The position numbers and the translations under genes were made by a program. The notes under the pieces are model-generated. The model ran no database searches. It saw only the letters and a list, made by a program, of their open reading frames with translations, and was not told where the DNA came from. This document shows positions 12,658 through 25,857 of a stretch of DNA of 64,000 nt, in pieces. How positions within the stretch are numbered: the stretch's first letter is position 1; the number at the start of each line of letters is the position of its first letter. The stretch lies in assembly GCA_951406725.2 (NCBI GenBank), contig OX597817.1, forward strand, positions 58,528,001-58,592,000, given 5' to 3'. Source of the stretch: Octopus vulgaris (taxonomy: Eukaryota).

Positions 12658-14296
12658 TAGACAGAGATCAATAATGAAAAGCAAACACCAACAAATGTCT
12701 CAGGACACGGTCGTATTTGATTTGGTAAAGACATTGACGTATGTTGAAGCCCATGACAGCAATGTACTTTTATTTCAGGTGATAGTGAGATCGATTTTGT
12801 ACTTAAGCAAGCATTTTGCATTGGCTTTCCTTTTCAATGTTTTTCCCCAGTTCGATCGCGAATCGAATTCGTTTCCGCAGCATATAATGTGGGACATAAG
12901 TACTAACTTTTGATCGATTTGTTCCGATCACTTTTGTCTTTCAGTCCCACCCGGTCCCGGCTTCTCTAGATGATATCGAAAACTGAAGTTTATTTATTTC
13001 CATTTAACATGTCAAGCAATTACCCTCCCCCCTCCTCCTCCTCCTCCTCCTCCTCATCATCATCATCATCATCGTCAGTCCACCCCATATCGCTCCATTC
13101 AGTCACAATCGCAATTAAGTTCACCGCCAACGACGGCGGTATCTCTGTTCCCTGTCAGCGGTCTTGACCAAGGTTTTTCAAAGAATAAAGAACAGTCGCG
13201 GATCGGTTTCCCAGTGATTTTACTTCTCTATCAAGCAACTCTAAATCCCCTAAGACATTGTCCAACAAGCAGCATTTGCCTTGCTGCTGTCAACAGGTAA
13301 ACAGGCCGACATAAAAATCACACCTGAGCTACTTTCTCCATTCAATAAACACAGAAAGCAGTCATCTATGACGCCCGAATAACAAACGACAACAGAACAT
13401 AAAAATAAATGTTAACATCCATTTAAACGGTCTATTTTCCTGCACAAATTCAAAATGAACAGGAAAAGCGATATGATGAAAGATAGCGAAAATACTTTAA
13501 TGATTTGTCCTTTAATGATTTGTCCTTTCTGAATAAATACATAGCTGTTTCTAGAAATTGCACTTGACTTTTCAATGAAGATTTCATGTATTGTTTTCCT
13601 TGGTTACAGAGTATCTTGTATAGATCTTAATATCGCGTTGAGAACCTACAACACACGCGCGCGCGCCTGTGTGTGTGTGTGTGTGTGTGTGGACTGTGGG
13701 TAGGTGGTTCTCATCAAATGGTAAATAGATGTTGGAGAAGCAGTTACATTAGCGATTAATGTTTCAGAAGTGTTTCTATTGTTTTGTTTAATGCTTTGGG
13801 ATTGGCTGAACTGATGTTTCTCTTTCATGTCGAAGGGTTAATGCTTTCTAATGTCTTGTATATACAATGGACAGGTAACGAACAATTCGGACACATATAG
13901 ACATACATGCATTCAGAGATAGATAAATAGACAAACAGATAGGCAGACAAACAGGTACATGCATGCGTGCATGCATGCATGCATGCATCCATACATATAT
14001 ACATGATTGCATACATACATATTATCGGATGGACTGTCCTTTCGTACATGACAAATGAGGGTTCTGCAAAATATTGTTGAATAACCTCAATAAATTACTC
14101 GTTTTTAATGATCAGTTGTGTATACACACACACACACACACACACACACATGATTATTATCGTAAATATGAGGGTAATAGATTAACATAATTTCTTACCA
14201 GTGGTTAGCATGCATAAATTAAAGTCATAAGACATAACATATTTTTTAAGATATAAGAGTGTATGAAATATCTTTATACACAAAGAGGAGACCACT

Positions 14297-14570
14297 GACA
14301 GGACTTTTTACATGCTAAAAAGGGCAGTTAAAGCTAAAACTCCAAAGAAGACAATTCATGAGGCACGCCATTTATAAGACCAGAACGAAAAGCTGACGAG
14401 CTACAGATTCCAAATTAGTTTATTTGGAAATGAATAGCGAAACCCGAGTTCAGGATTAACTAATTTATATTTTGTTCGTTCTGGTGTTATAATTATTGGT
14501 GTGCCTCATGAATTCTCTTTTTCGTGGTTTAGGATTTAACTGGCCTTTTTAGCATGTAAGGAGTCCTGTC
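14297..14570 (+). mobile_element. PLE-like relic: about 93-bp imperfect inverted repeat enclosing a hammerhead core
   Basis: Arms 14297-14389 and 14475-14570; CTGACGA 14393, stem II GCTA/TAGC plus TTCCAAAT/ATTTGGAA, GAAAC 14439. Confidence 0.7.
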
Positions 14571-14586
14571 GCATATATGTGTATAG

Positions 14587-14623
<37 letters not shown>

Positions 14624-14863
14624 TTTGTACCCCCACCATTGCTTGACAACCGATGTTGCTGTGTTCACATTCCCATAACTTAGCGCTTCTGCAAAAGATA
14701 TTGATAGAATAAGTACTAGGCTGACAAAGAATAAATCCTGTGGTTGTTCTGTTCGACCAACGGCGGTGCTCCAGCATGGCCACAATCACATGACTGAAAC
14801 AAGTAAAACATTAAAAACTATGCCATTTTAATCTTGAGCAAGACTGGGTGTCTCTGCTGGTCT

Positions 14864-15113
14864 ATGTATGTATGTATGTATGTATGTATGTATGTATGTA
14901 TGTATGTATGTATGTATGTATGCATGTATGTATGTATGCATGTATGTATGTATGTATGTATGTATGTATGAGTGTATGTATGTATGCATGTATGCATGTA
15001 TGTATGTATGCATGTTTGTATGTTTGTATGTATGTATGTATGTATGAGTGTATGTATGTATGCGTGTATGTATGTATGTATGTATGTATGTATGTATGTA
15101 TGTATGTATGTAT
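14864..15113. repeat. (TATG)n microsatellite
   Basis: Direct reading. Confidence 0.95.
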
Positions 15114-15116
15114 GTT

Positions 15117-15672
15117 ATGTCAGGTCACTTTCGAGTGCTACTGGTAACAGATAACCCAGTACAACCTGTTGCATGGTCGGGTCGTCGGCGTCTAAACCGG
15201 CAACCCCAGCAAGCTTGCTTGGTGAGGAGGGTGTTTATTGGACACCCTGCGGGATGAAAAACAAAACCCGTCAAAGGGCGGGGGAACTCTTGAGAGTCAA
15301 CGGCCATCCAATAAATGTCTTAAGGCTGTATCATGCGCGGGGACATAGAAATAATCGGATTGAATACCCGATCGCGCGGTTAAACCATTGGGATTGAAGG
15401 ACTCCTAGCCTTTGTTAGGGCATCCTTCTAGGAGAAGGTAACTCAGGAAACTGGGATAACTCCGACATAAAACCTGCGGCTCAGTGGTTACCGATGATGT
15501 TGACTTGTTCTTCTTTTCGTATTATGACTGCTGTTGCTTAGTGAGTGGGATTGACTCAGTGCACAGCCTTTCCTCACTTAAAAAAAAATCTTCTTGCACA
15601 GGTATTGTGTGATAACAACATTTATTAAGCTTTGCGCAATGGCCATACTCGATAACGAAGGAGCAGCCACCA
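15117..15672 (+). mobile_element. Non-autonomous element resembling an RTE 5' region, inserted in (TATG)n
   Basis: GC-richer block with CTCCTAG...CTAGGAGAAGGTAACTC typical of RTE 5' UTRs; its 3' end is also present reversed at 232-290 beside (TACA)n. Confidence 0.5.
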
Positions 15673-15903
15673 TGTATGTATGTATGTATGTATGTATGTA
15701 TGTATGTATGTATGTACGTATAGGGTGTTTGATGTGTATGCATAGAGTGTTTGATGTGTACTACAGACATTGTAAATTAAGAAAAAGGTGGCAGTCAAAA
15801 TTTTGGATAATTCTTTGTTAGGGTTTTCGCTCAATTTTTCTTGAAGAGTTCGGTTAAACAAACGAAAACGTTAATAAAGAATTATCCAAAATTCTGACTA
15901 CCT

Positions 15904-15983
<80 letters not shown>

Positions 15984-16316
15984 TACATACATACATACAT
16001 ACATACATACATACATACATACAGTGTACATTTAAACACATAAGGAATCCACTCGTGAGATTCAACACGTTAGAAATAACAGCTAGGTTCTATAACCACA
16101 AAATTAGGGATAAAATCCGGCAGGAACGAATTGAAAAAAGAAAAAGTTTTTACTATCTAGTTTCCTGGACCAATTGGTTTCTGATTTTAGTTTAGCAAAT
16201 AAATAATATTTCAAAATCTACTGCGCAGACGCAGCCCCTCGTCGGCAAAAAAAAAAAATGCCAACTTTTAAAACCCGAAAATTATCCAAAAACTTACAAT
16301 ATTTAATCATACCATC

Positions 16317-16945
16317 CTACACTTGCCACAGTGTAGGATGTTCTCTGAGAAGGAAGAAAGTATAAGCCCTATTGTTAGTGAATGCTGTAAGGTCACACAA
16401 CGCGAATATAAAAGGTGATACGACAATGTGGCCAGATATGTCCACTGGCTGTTGTGTTGTAAAGCAAACCACGAGAAAGCCGAACAGTGGTATGAACATA
16501 AGCCAGAGGGAATAACGGAAAACGAACATTACAAAATATTCTAGGATTTTAACATACAGTGCGACCAAGTCGTAGAGGCGAGATGACCAGATATCGTGAT
16601 CATCCATAAAGATGAAAAAGATGTAAAGATAATAGATGTTGCAATAGCAGGAATGTAAGGAAACAGAAAAGATTGAGAAATACCATACACTGCGGGACGA
16701 GATAAGAAAGTTATGGGTCATGAGGAAAGTAATAGTGATACCGGTGGTAATTGGAGCATTAGGAGCAGTTTCCAAAAACATATTAAGAATATTGGAGCTA
16801 CTGTCAGACTTGAGGTGATCCAGAAGACAGCATTGTTGGGTACAGCTCGCATTCTAAGGAGAGTATAGTCTCTTTGAGTCGCAGGAGAAGGTACTACTTG
16901 AAATCTTTGGGGATTTGTTGTTGCTTTCAAGTAAAGAATAAGCGG
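16317..16945 (+). mobile_element. 3' end of an R4/Dong-like LINE (zinc knuckle plus restriction-like endonuclease)
   Basis: Plus-strand translation gives CRMFSEKEESISPIVSEC, KIEKYHTLRDEIRKLW, VIPVVIGALGAVSK, IQKTALLGTARILRRV*; followed by (AAC)n(AAT)n. Confidence 0.85.
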
Positions 16946-17020
16946 TAATTAAGAACTATCCGAGAGTCTTTCAGAACAACAACAACAACAACAATATTAA
17001 TAATAATAATAATAATAATG

Positions 17021-17077
<57 letters not shown>

Positions 17078-17080
<3 letters not shown>

Positions 17081-17420
17081 GCCCTGATGCAGTACCAGGC
17101 GGCGGCTCTCATGGCTTCTGATCTTAACTGACTGGAAGTGTTATCATGTACATTGTTTTGTCTTGGTATAAAAGATGGGCTACAGCAAATATTCTGCTCA
17201 ATACCACAGATTTGCTTGTCAGTTGTTTGACCGTAACCAGTTGAGCATGTCTCTTAGTGGCTGACGATATGTGCATCTCTGATCACGAGTAGAAGTAGTG
17301 GGGGAGCATCATAGCCATGTGTGGAGATGGATTCTTTGGGGTTTGAATGATTCACCTCTGGAAACATGGGTGTTTCATTCAACATCCTTAAACAACCTTA
17401 ATCAGGGACCTTTTGAGTGG
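17078..17420 (-). mobile_element. Non-autonomous repeat family D, truncated copy abutting (AAT)n
   Basis: Closely matches 22123-22450. Confidence 0.75.
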
Positions 17421-17754
17421 GAATTTGAACTCAGATCATGAAGACGGACGAAACGCCTCTAAGCAGTCCGCTTGGTGTGCTAACCATTCTGCCAGTTCGT
17501 CGCCTTGTAGATTATTATTATTGATTTAAATTGAAACAGGGCCGAGTAAACAACTTCATGGCACACCGGAAGTGGTTAGTCAACTATTTGAGGAAAAGTC
17601 ATTTAGGCAGCCATTGTTCTTCATTATTTAAATGATAACTAATTCATTTATTTACTTATCACGTGAACACTAATTAGTATTTACAATCAATATTACACAT
17701 GAAACTCTATTAATTGCTTTGACAATATCTCGGTTAATTACAGCCAAGCTTTTA

Positions 17755-17953
17755 TCTTTTACTTGCTTCAGTTTATAGAGTGCGGCCATGCTGGGGTACC
17801 TCCTTGATGAATTTCAGTCGAACGAATCGACCCTAGGGCTTATGTTTCCTTTTTAATCCTGGTACTTCTATCGATCTCTTTTTGCCAAACCGCTAATATT
17901 ACAGGGACGTAAACACACCAACACCGGTTGACAATCGGTGGGTTGGGAGATAA

Positions 17954-17986
<33 letters not shown>

Positions 17987-18133
17987 CAACCAGTTCCTTT
18001 CAGTTTCCGTTTCACTAGACTTTGGTCGGTCCGTGCCGTTAGTAGAAGACTCTTGTCCATGGTGCTACGCAGTGGGACTGAACCTGAAACGATGTGGTTG
18101 GAATGTAAACTTCTTACTGCACAGCCACGCCTG
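17755..18133 (-). mobile_element. SINE-A copy
   Basis: Family-A similarity. Confidence 0.75.
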
Positions 18134-18324
18134 TGAATCTAAAACTTTCCTCTATTTATTTAAACACGTTCAAAACTGATTAATTATCGATGAGCTTTAG
18201 ATAAGAGTTCGATCGGTAAGTTAGATATCAAGGTTTTTACTTCTAAAAAAACAATTTACCAATTTGTCTTTAATTATAAATTCCATTAATTCATTAAGAC
18301 TGTTCTGGTAAAACACACAGAGAC

Positions 18325-18597
18325 ACTCACACTCATTCTCTTCCCCATCTCTCCCTTTCTCTCTCTCTCTGTTTCTCTCTTCTTATCCCTCTTTCTTTCT
18401 TGCCCTCTGTCTCTTTCTTCCTCTCCCCTTCACTTTCAGCCTCTGTCTCACTTTTTCTCTCCCTGTCTTTCTTTCTCATTCTCTGTCTCTTTTCTTCCCT
18501 CTTCCTCTCTCTCTTTCTGTATTTCTATCTCTGACCCTCTCTTTTCCCTCCCTTACTCTCTCTTCCCCCTCTTCTTCCCTCCTTCCTCTCCTGTCCC
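18325..18597. repeat. Degenerate CT-rich polypyrimidine tract
   Basis: Direct reading. Confidence 0.85.
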
Positions 18598-18959
18598 GTA
18601 GTTTTTAATTTCTGAGAGGAACGATTTTTTTATTAAGTGGAAATTTTTTTGACATATTCCACTGACTAGAAACTGTTCTTAGGAAAAGAAAAAATATTTA
18701 GATAATAGTTATTCTGGGACTTTTCCAGATAAAATTCTTAATTAAAACTGAGGGATGCCATATGGAGTCGACAGTTTTTGTTTTCACTCAATTTTTGGAG
18801 GTTAATTAAAAACTATATCATGCAGTTTTCATATACAAGAATAATTTTTTTTAAAAACTTGATCAATAAAACAATTTCACAAAATTAGTATCAATGCCAT
18901 GATCCATGGCCTGATATTGGTTCTTAGACACACGAAAGCAATTTTGAAAGAAGACAACA

Positions 18960-19993
18960 GGGGTCGCCCCCAGTCTTTGACTGCTACTTTATTTTATGAA
19001 CCCGGGAGTCTAAAAGGTAAAATTAGCCTCAAAGGTATTTGAACTCAAAATATAAATAATCAGGAAAATGCCGCCAAGAGCGGGAAGGGCCACAAGGAAT
19101 ACTGTTGTGCATTTTTTTTACCGCATATTATCTAATATTCTTGCTAATTTGAGCACAATTGATTACATTTATCCCAGCGCTAAACTGGTGCTTAGTTGAC
19201 CCTGAAAGGATGAAAGGTAAAGTCTACCTCGGTGGAATTTGAACTCAGAACTAAGAAATATCACTAACCATTTTGCACGAGGCATAAACGGTACTGCCAA
19301 TTCGCAGCATATAATAATGCTTTTTAATTTTGGCACAAGGCCAGGAATTTTAAGGGAATAGGGTGAATATTGATCCCCAACACTTGACTGCTACTTCATT
19401 TTATCGATCCCATAGAACGAATGGTAAAACTGCCTTGGGAGAGATTTGAACTCAGAACATTAAAAAACCAGGAGAAATACTACAAGACATTTTTATTGAC
19501 ACTCAAACAATTCTACGAATCCACCACTCTTTAACAAATTGAAAAAAAAAACATTAAAAAACATTAAAAACTGTTTCCATCAAAATAATTGTGTAGGCGT
19601 GGTTGCGTGGTAAGACGTTTGCTTCCCTACTAGATGGTTCCAGGTTCAGTCCCACTGCATGACACCTTAGACTAGTGTCTTCAGTAACCTCGGGTCAACC
19701 AAAGCCTTGTGAGTGGATTTAGTTGTGTGTAAGAGTTAGTGTTTTGATTATAGAATGGCTCGTATATATATTATTATCCTTTTCTACTCTAAACACAAGG
19801 CCTGACATTTTGGGGCGAGGGGGCCTGTCACTTAGATCGACCCCAGTACACAACTGGTACTTAATCTATCGACCCTGAAAGAATGAAAGGCAAAATCGAC
19901 CTCGGCGGAATTTGAACTCAGAACGTAAAGACAGACGAAATATCGCTAAGCATTTCGCCCAGCCTGCTAAGAATTCTGCCAGTTCATCGCCTT
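18960..19993 (-). mobile_element. Cluster of old and young SINE-B copies plus a SINE-A head
   Basis: Repeated GAAAGG.AAAGTC.ACCTCGG.GGAATTTGAACTCAGAAC at about 19030, 19220, 19440 and 19900. Confidence 0.7.
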
Positions 19994-20477
19994 ATATATT
20001 TTATTATCATTCGATTTGGTGCTCCCTGATTTTGTTGTTACTTTTTGTAAGTTATTAGTTGTTTGAGTCGTCATTAGTGTATAAGGTGCGTGTCATCTCA
20101 TCGGATATTGATTATAGAACTGTATGCATGGGTTGTTTTATTGAGTATGATGGCGTAGAGTAGATGCCGTATGTTTTGTGTTGGTCGGATGACGATTGTG
20201 AAGAGTATATGTGCAATAAGCGTTGTATGAGACGTGTAGAAAGGCCATTATATAAGTAGTATTATTGAATTGCCAGTGACCTGTGTAGGAAAGATATGAC
20301 CAGTGTCTAGCAGGGTTATTCTTAACCCTTGTGCAGAATTCTTTGTCCTGGTGTACTTTCTAGGTTACCGTTTATCTTCTTTATCGTATCAGCTGCTCCA
20401 TTTATTAATAATACTGTTTTCATTTTCATACCGCACAGACAGTCTGCTTATTTTAATTTCAAGATCGCCATAACCAA

Positions 20478-20889
20478 GGCGGCGAGCTGGCAGAAGCGTT
20501 AGCACGCCGGGTGAAATGCTTAGCGGTATTTCGTCTGCTGTTACATTGTGAGTTCAAATTCCGCCGAGGTCGACTTTGCCTTTCATCCTTTCGGGGTCGA
20601 TAAATTAAGTACCAGTTACGCACTGGGGTCGATGTAATCGACTTAATACCTATGTCTGTCCTTGTTTGTCCCCTCTGTGTTTAGCCCCTTGTGGGTAATA
20701 AAGAAATAGGTATTTCGTCTACCGCTACGTTCTGAGTTCAAATTCCGCCGAGGTCGATTTTGCTTTTCATCCTTTCGGGGTCGATAAATTAAGCACTAGT
20801 TACGCACTGGGGTCGATGTAATCGATTTAATCCCTTTGTCTGTCCTTGTTTGTCCCATCTTTGTTCAGCCCCTTGTGGGTAGTAAAGAT
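20478..20889 (+). mobile_element. SINE-B dimer
   Basis: Body restarts at GGTATTTCGTCT 20709. Confidence 0.85.
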
Positions 20890-22017
20890 ATATGATCGCC
20901 ATAACCAGAAGGAATCGAAAAGGAGATTCATTCTGCCTTGGTTTACGCGTAAGTCTGAAAAGCTACGTCCCGTACTATTGTGGACAGAACGTTGTAAATT
21001 GTTTCATGTTTCGTGCATGATCACATCTAGCTTTCAATGCGTTTTCAAGTCTGAGTATCGGCATGCACGTCCTCTCAATCATGTCCATAGATACACTCTG
21101 GTTTTGCAAGGACAGAAGCAAAAGATATGGTCAGCTGTTTCATTGCACTGATTGCATGTACTGTAGTTGTTGTTGGTCTCTTGTTTCATTTTGTTCAAAT
21201 AATTCTGTGTCTGCGCGCGTATGCGTGCGTGTGTGTGCGCGTGTGTGTGTTATGAAGCTAAATCAGACCTCCCTCTTCTGCTTTCAACTCATAGCTTTTG
21301 ATCTGTTGTTGCCTTTCACTCTGACTTACTTTCTCTACTCACCATTCAAGAGAAAAATGTCTCGTAGCGTTTTGCCATATTTTGGAATGCTATTTTCCTT
21401 TTGCCTTTTAAAGCTTTCTGCTGGTTTGTCTTTATTTGGATATTCTTTCTTCACAGTGGTTAACTTCTAAACACTTCCCTATTTACAAAGAAAAGATCGT
21501 TTTTGCTTTCTCCATGTTCCTTTATTACTCTTAGCATTTTCCATTTTTGCATCCTTCTAAGTGTTTTTCTAGTCCTACTATTGTCACTACGTAGTAATTT
21601 TCTATTTGTATCAAAGCCTGTCATTCAAATTTTATCTACGCTAAACACAAGAAGAACTGGACTAGTGATCTCAAATCTGTATAAGTAATTTTCTAGTTTT
21701 CTGTTTAGGTACACAATTTACTTAGTCTAGTTTATGTTGAAACAGTAATCTCTAAGTGAAATTGTAGGGTGTTTACTCCTATAATTTTTATTTCTAACAT
21801 TGAGTTCAATATTTAATATTAGTCTGGCTCTGCTATAGAGTTCCTTTTCTGTATGTCATATCTTATCAGTTTCCTCTACTCCTAATCGTTCGCATGGATA
21901 GCTTATATGGTAGTGAAATGGCAGAATAGTCAGAACGCCGAACAAATGTCTTGTGATATTTCTTCTTAGGTTCAGAGATCAAAATCACCTTTATCTTTCG
22001 CGTTTTCGATGTCAAAT

Positions 22018-22115
<98 letters not shown>

Positions 22116-22122
22116 TAATAAT

Positions 22123-22668
22123 TGCCCTGATGTAGTACCAGGCAGTGGCTCTCGTGGCTTCTGATCTTAGCTGATTGGAAGTGTTATCATGTACATTGTT
22201 TTGTCTTGGTATAAAAGATGGGCTACAGCAAATATTCTGCTCAATACCACAGATTTACTTGTCAGTTGTTTGACCTTAACCAGTTGAGCATGTCTCTTGG
22301 AGGCTGATGATATGTGCATCTCTGATCACGAGCAGAAGTAGTGGGGGAGCATCATAGCCATGTGTTGAGATGGATTCTTTGGGGTTTGAATAATTCACCT
22401 CTGGAAACATGGGTGTTTCGTTCAACATCCTTATTCAGGGACCTTTTGAGCGGGGTGAGCTACTCGACCAGAAGAAAATTATAACTGGTCCCCACCTGCA
22501 AGGTCATGTGCTGTTTATTTTGATATGAGATCACCATATGGCACACATATGGTTGTGATGCATGTGGCTAGTGTACCCTTATCAGATGGGTAGTCATGAT
22601 GGGTATACTGGGCTTCGTATATTTTACCCCAGTGTCACTTTGATGGCATGCACTGCTCTCTCACTCAA
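22123..22668 (-). mobile_element. Non-autonomous repeat family D, apparently full length, inside (AAT)n
   Basis: (AAT)n on the left (22058-22122) and AATAATAATAA on the right; second copy at 17078. Confidence 0.75.
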
Positions 22669-23528
22669 TAATAATAAAGCATCAGTGAAGTAATGGCCGG
22701 AATCATTCTCATTCTTTTTATGATATATGCGATTAATATCTTCAGCAAACTGCAAAGCTACTGGCACTTCGTATTTCATCTCTGGAATCCGATTAGGATT
22801 TTTAGGAAGATCTTTAAGATTAACTTTTAAACTTGTCCCATCCCAGCTGTCACATCTAGAATGTTCCTTTGAGTAAAGGATGTGACGGTGAAAGAGGCTT
22901 TTCGTCTCTCTGACTACTCGCAACAGCATAGGCACCCCAGAAATATTTAGCGAAAAATATGATGCATGTTGATACCAGTTTATCCTCAATTGCGAATGAA
23001 AGCCGTAATTAGTTATAATTTTCTGATTTTAAGAACTGGATTAATTTAATGTTATCAGTTTTATTAATTTTCTTCCTCTTGCATCTTTGACGCATTTCTC
23101 TTATCCTGAGCTCATCCATACGTAATTGATTGAGTTCATGTCCAATTAATAGTTACTTCGGTATTGTCTCTTGTAAGCAGTATTAAGCCATACGTATAAT
23201 GATATAATTTATAATTTGTCCGTCACATTCATAACTATTGGGGTTTTAATTCAGCCGATTTGTTTATGAGATCAGCAGAGAGGAGGAAATAATGTGTCGC
23301 CCTGTAATGTTTCTCTTTTTATGCGTATCGGAGATGGTTTAAACACGTCCTCTTCGTCATAGGGCAATATGGCTGCCTTCCATTATCACACAGCATCGTT
23401 AATGTGCAGTTTCATTACTGGAGCTGCTTTACTCGTATTTCTGTTCCCAGGAAATTAACAAATGCTTTTCATTAATTAACTCATTTTCTGTTTTCTCCTG
23501 TTTTACTTTTTATTCTTTTACTTGTTTC

Positions 23529-23964
23529 AGAAGAAAAATGTAGCCAATAACTCCGTAAACATGTACTTGAACTGGCGCCGGCATTCACTCGGGGTGGGTT
23601 GAACCAGCTCCATACATACATACATAACATACATAAAGAAAACAACATTACAACCAAACTAGAAACAAGATCGAAATTCGAATAATGATGAAGAGTACAG
23701 ACATCACCATGGAAACGCTCAAGTAAACACCCCAACCGCAACAACATTACTGTACGCTTGACCCGACACTTAACAATGAACCTAATGAAAACAGACATAA
23801 AAATCACAATAGATGAACCAGAGTTAACCTTGAGGAGTACTTTAGCAAGATTCAGGGAGTGTGGCAAAATCAATGAGCGTGACTGGACAGAAACACTTGT
23901 CGTGGCAACACATGAACGAACAACCAGACAAGGGAGTTGTGGGTAATGACAGGACTTGATAAGG
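23529..23964 (+). repeat. Left arm of a 436-bp near-perfect inverted repeat
   Basis: Reverse complement of 25858-26293 with only a few substitutions. Confidence 0.95.
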
Positions 23965-24051
23965 GTATTAAGAAAATATAATTCCAGAGTTCGCATGCGA
24001 AATCAGCCATTAATGAATTCTACGGTGGAATTATTCGAAACGTAAATATAT

Positions 24052-24469
24052 TATTCTCTTATTCTTCTACTTACTTCAGTCATTTGACTGCGGCCATGCT
24101 GGAGCACCACCTTTAGACAAACAAATCGACCCCAGGACTTAATCTTTGTAAGCTTAGTACTTAGTCTATCTGATTCTTTTGCCGAACCGCTAAGATGCGG
24201 GGACGTAAACCCACCAACATCGGTTGTCAAGTAATGGTGAGGGTGCAAACACAGACACACAAATACACACACATACACACACAAAAAACGCACACATATA
24301 TATATACGACGGTCTTCTTTCAGTTTCTGTCTACCAAATCCACTCAGGAGCCTTTGGTCGGCCCAAAGCTGTAGTTGAAGACACTTGCCAAATGTGCCAC
24401 GCAGTGGGACTGAACCCGGAACCATGTGGTTGGGAAGCAGGCTTCTTACCATACGCCCACTCCTGCGCC
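24052..24469 (-). mobile_element. SINE-A full copy
   Basis: Family-A similarity end to end. Confidence 0.85.
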
Positions 24470-24643
24470 TGTTATGTTTAATATCATTTATTAAATTGAG
24501 CATCACAATAATTGTTTTTGTCGAAGATGTATACACGCCACCACACGCTATGAATATGTGAGTTGGTCTTAAGAATTACATTTTTCATATATTCTTTCCT
24601 GTATCCATCGTCAAATTCAAGAAAAAAAAAAGATAAACAACGA

Positions 24644-25031
24644 GGCGCAGGAGTGGCTGTGTGGTAAGTAGCTTGCTTACGAACCACATGGTTCCGGGTT
24701 CATTCACACTGCGTGGCACCTTGGGCAAGTGTCTTCTACTATAGCCTCGGGCCGACCAAGGCCTTGTGTGTGGATTTAGTAGACGGAAACTGAAAGCCCG
24801 TTGTATATATGTATATATATGTATGTGTGTATATGTTTGTCCCCCTAACATCGTTTGACAACCGATGCTGGAATGTTTACGTCCCCGTAACTTAGCGGTT
24901 CGGCAAAAGTGACCGATAGAATAAGTACTAGGCTTACAAAGAATAAGTCCTGGGGTCGATTTGCTCGACTAAAGGCGGTGCTCCAGCATGGCCGCAGTCA
25001 AATGACTGAAACAAGTAAAAGAATAAAAGAA
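24644..25031 (+). mobile_element. SINE-A full-length reference copy
   Basis: GGCGCAGGAGTGGCTGTGTGGTAAG head, GGTTC B-box-like segment, central (TA/TG)n, tail GACTGAAACAAGTAAAAGAATAAAAGA; many homologues in the window. Confidence 0.9.
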
Positions 25032-25321
25032 CAGAAGTCAATTGGACTTACACAGTGAAAGTTTTCGATGGGAATATAGGAAAGGACGTCTCAAGCATGG
25101 TTCTTCGTCGGAAAGAGGGACAAGTCTAGAGAAGAGGAAGGGCAGGAAGGAGCAGAGAGTTCGGAGAAAAGCACGTGTGTCGTTACGTGGCCACACCCTT
25201 ATGTTTGACTCCTAACATCTGATGAGATGGATGTTTACCCCGTCTGCCCACGAAACTTGTTATTATAAACATGTGACTGCAAAAAGGATGTATTGAGTGC
25301 TACTTTCTTTCGTTTAGTCAC

Positions 25322-25740
25322 AACACACACAGGCACACACATACTCACCACAGAGGTACACACACACACACACAGAGGCACGCGCACACATACACATACA
25401 CACAGACACAGAGACACACACACACACAGGCACTCGCACACGCACACTTACACACAGGCACACAGACATAGGCACACACACACAAGCACACACACAGGCA
25501 CACATACACACAGGCACACACACACAGGCACACACACAGGCACACACATGCACACATACACACAGGCACACACACAGGCACACACACACATACATAGGCA
25601 CACACACATACACAAGCACACACTCTCACACACACGCACTACACAGGCACACACACACACGCACTACACAGGCACACTGGCACACACACACACTCACACA
25701 CAGGTACACACACTCACCCACACAGGCGCGCACACACACA
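25322..25740. repeat. (CA)n-derived minisatellite with a recurring ACACAGGC unit
   Basis: Direct reading. Confidence 0.9.
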
Positions 25741-25857
25741 TCGTTTTCTCACCTGATCACGTCTGGCTCTTGATCTTTACCGAGTCTATTCCTAAACAGA
25801 TGAAATCAGAAACTCTATTGACATTTCACTCGTTTCGGTTCTTCTACTTCCATAATT

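Noticed and set aside
13080-13420. Unique, GC-richer block with a GTAAACA forkhead-type site as an enhancer
   Set aside because: A single short motif cannot be supported without conservation or chromatin data.
20030-20340. Decayed retroelement coding remnant (also 37500-38290 and 60870-61100)
   Set aside because: Only faint motif resemblance, too degenerate to call by eye.
25215-25265. Hammerhead candidate CTGATGA-GATGG/CCGTC...GAAAC-TT-GTT
   Set aside because: It has a 7-nt insertion before GAAA and only a 2-bp stem I, so it could be chance.
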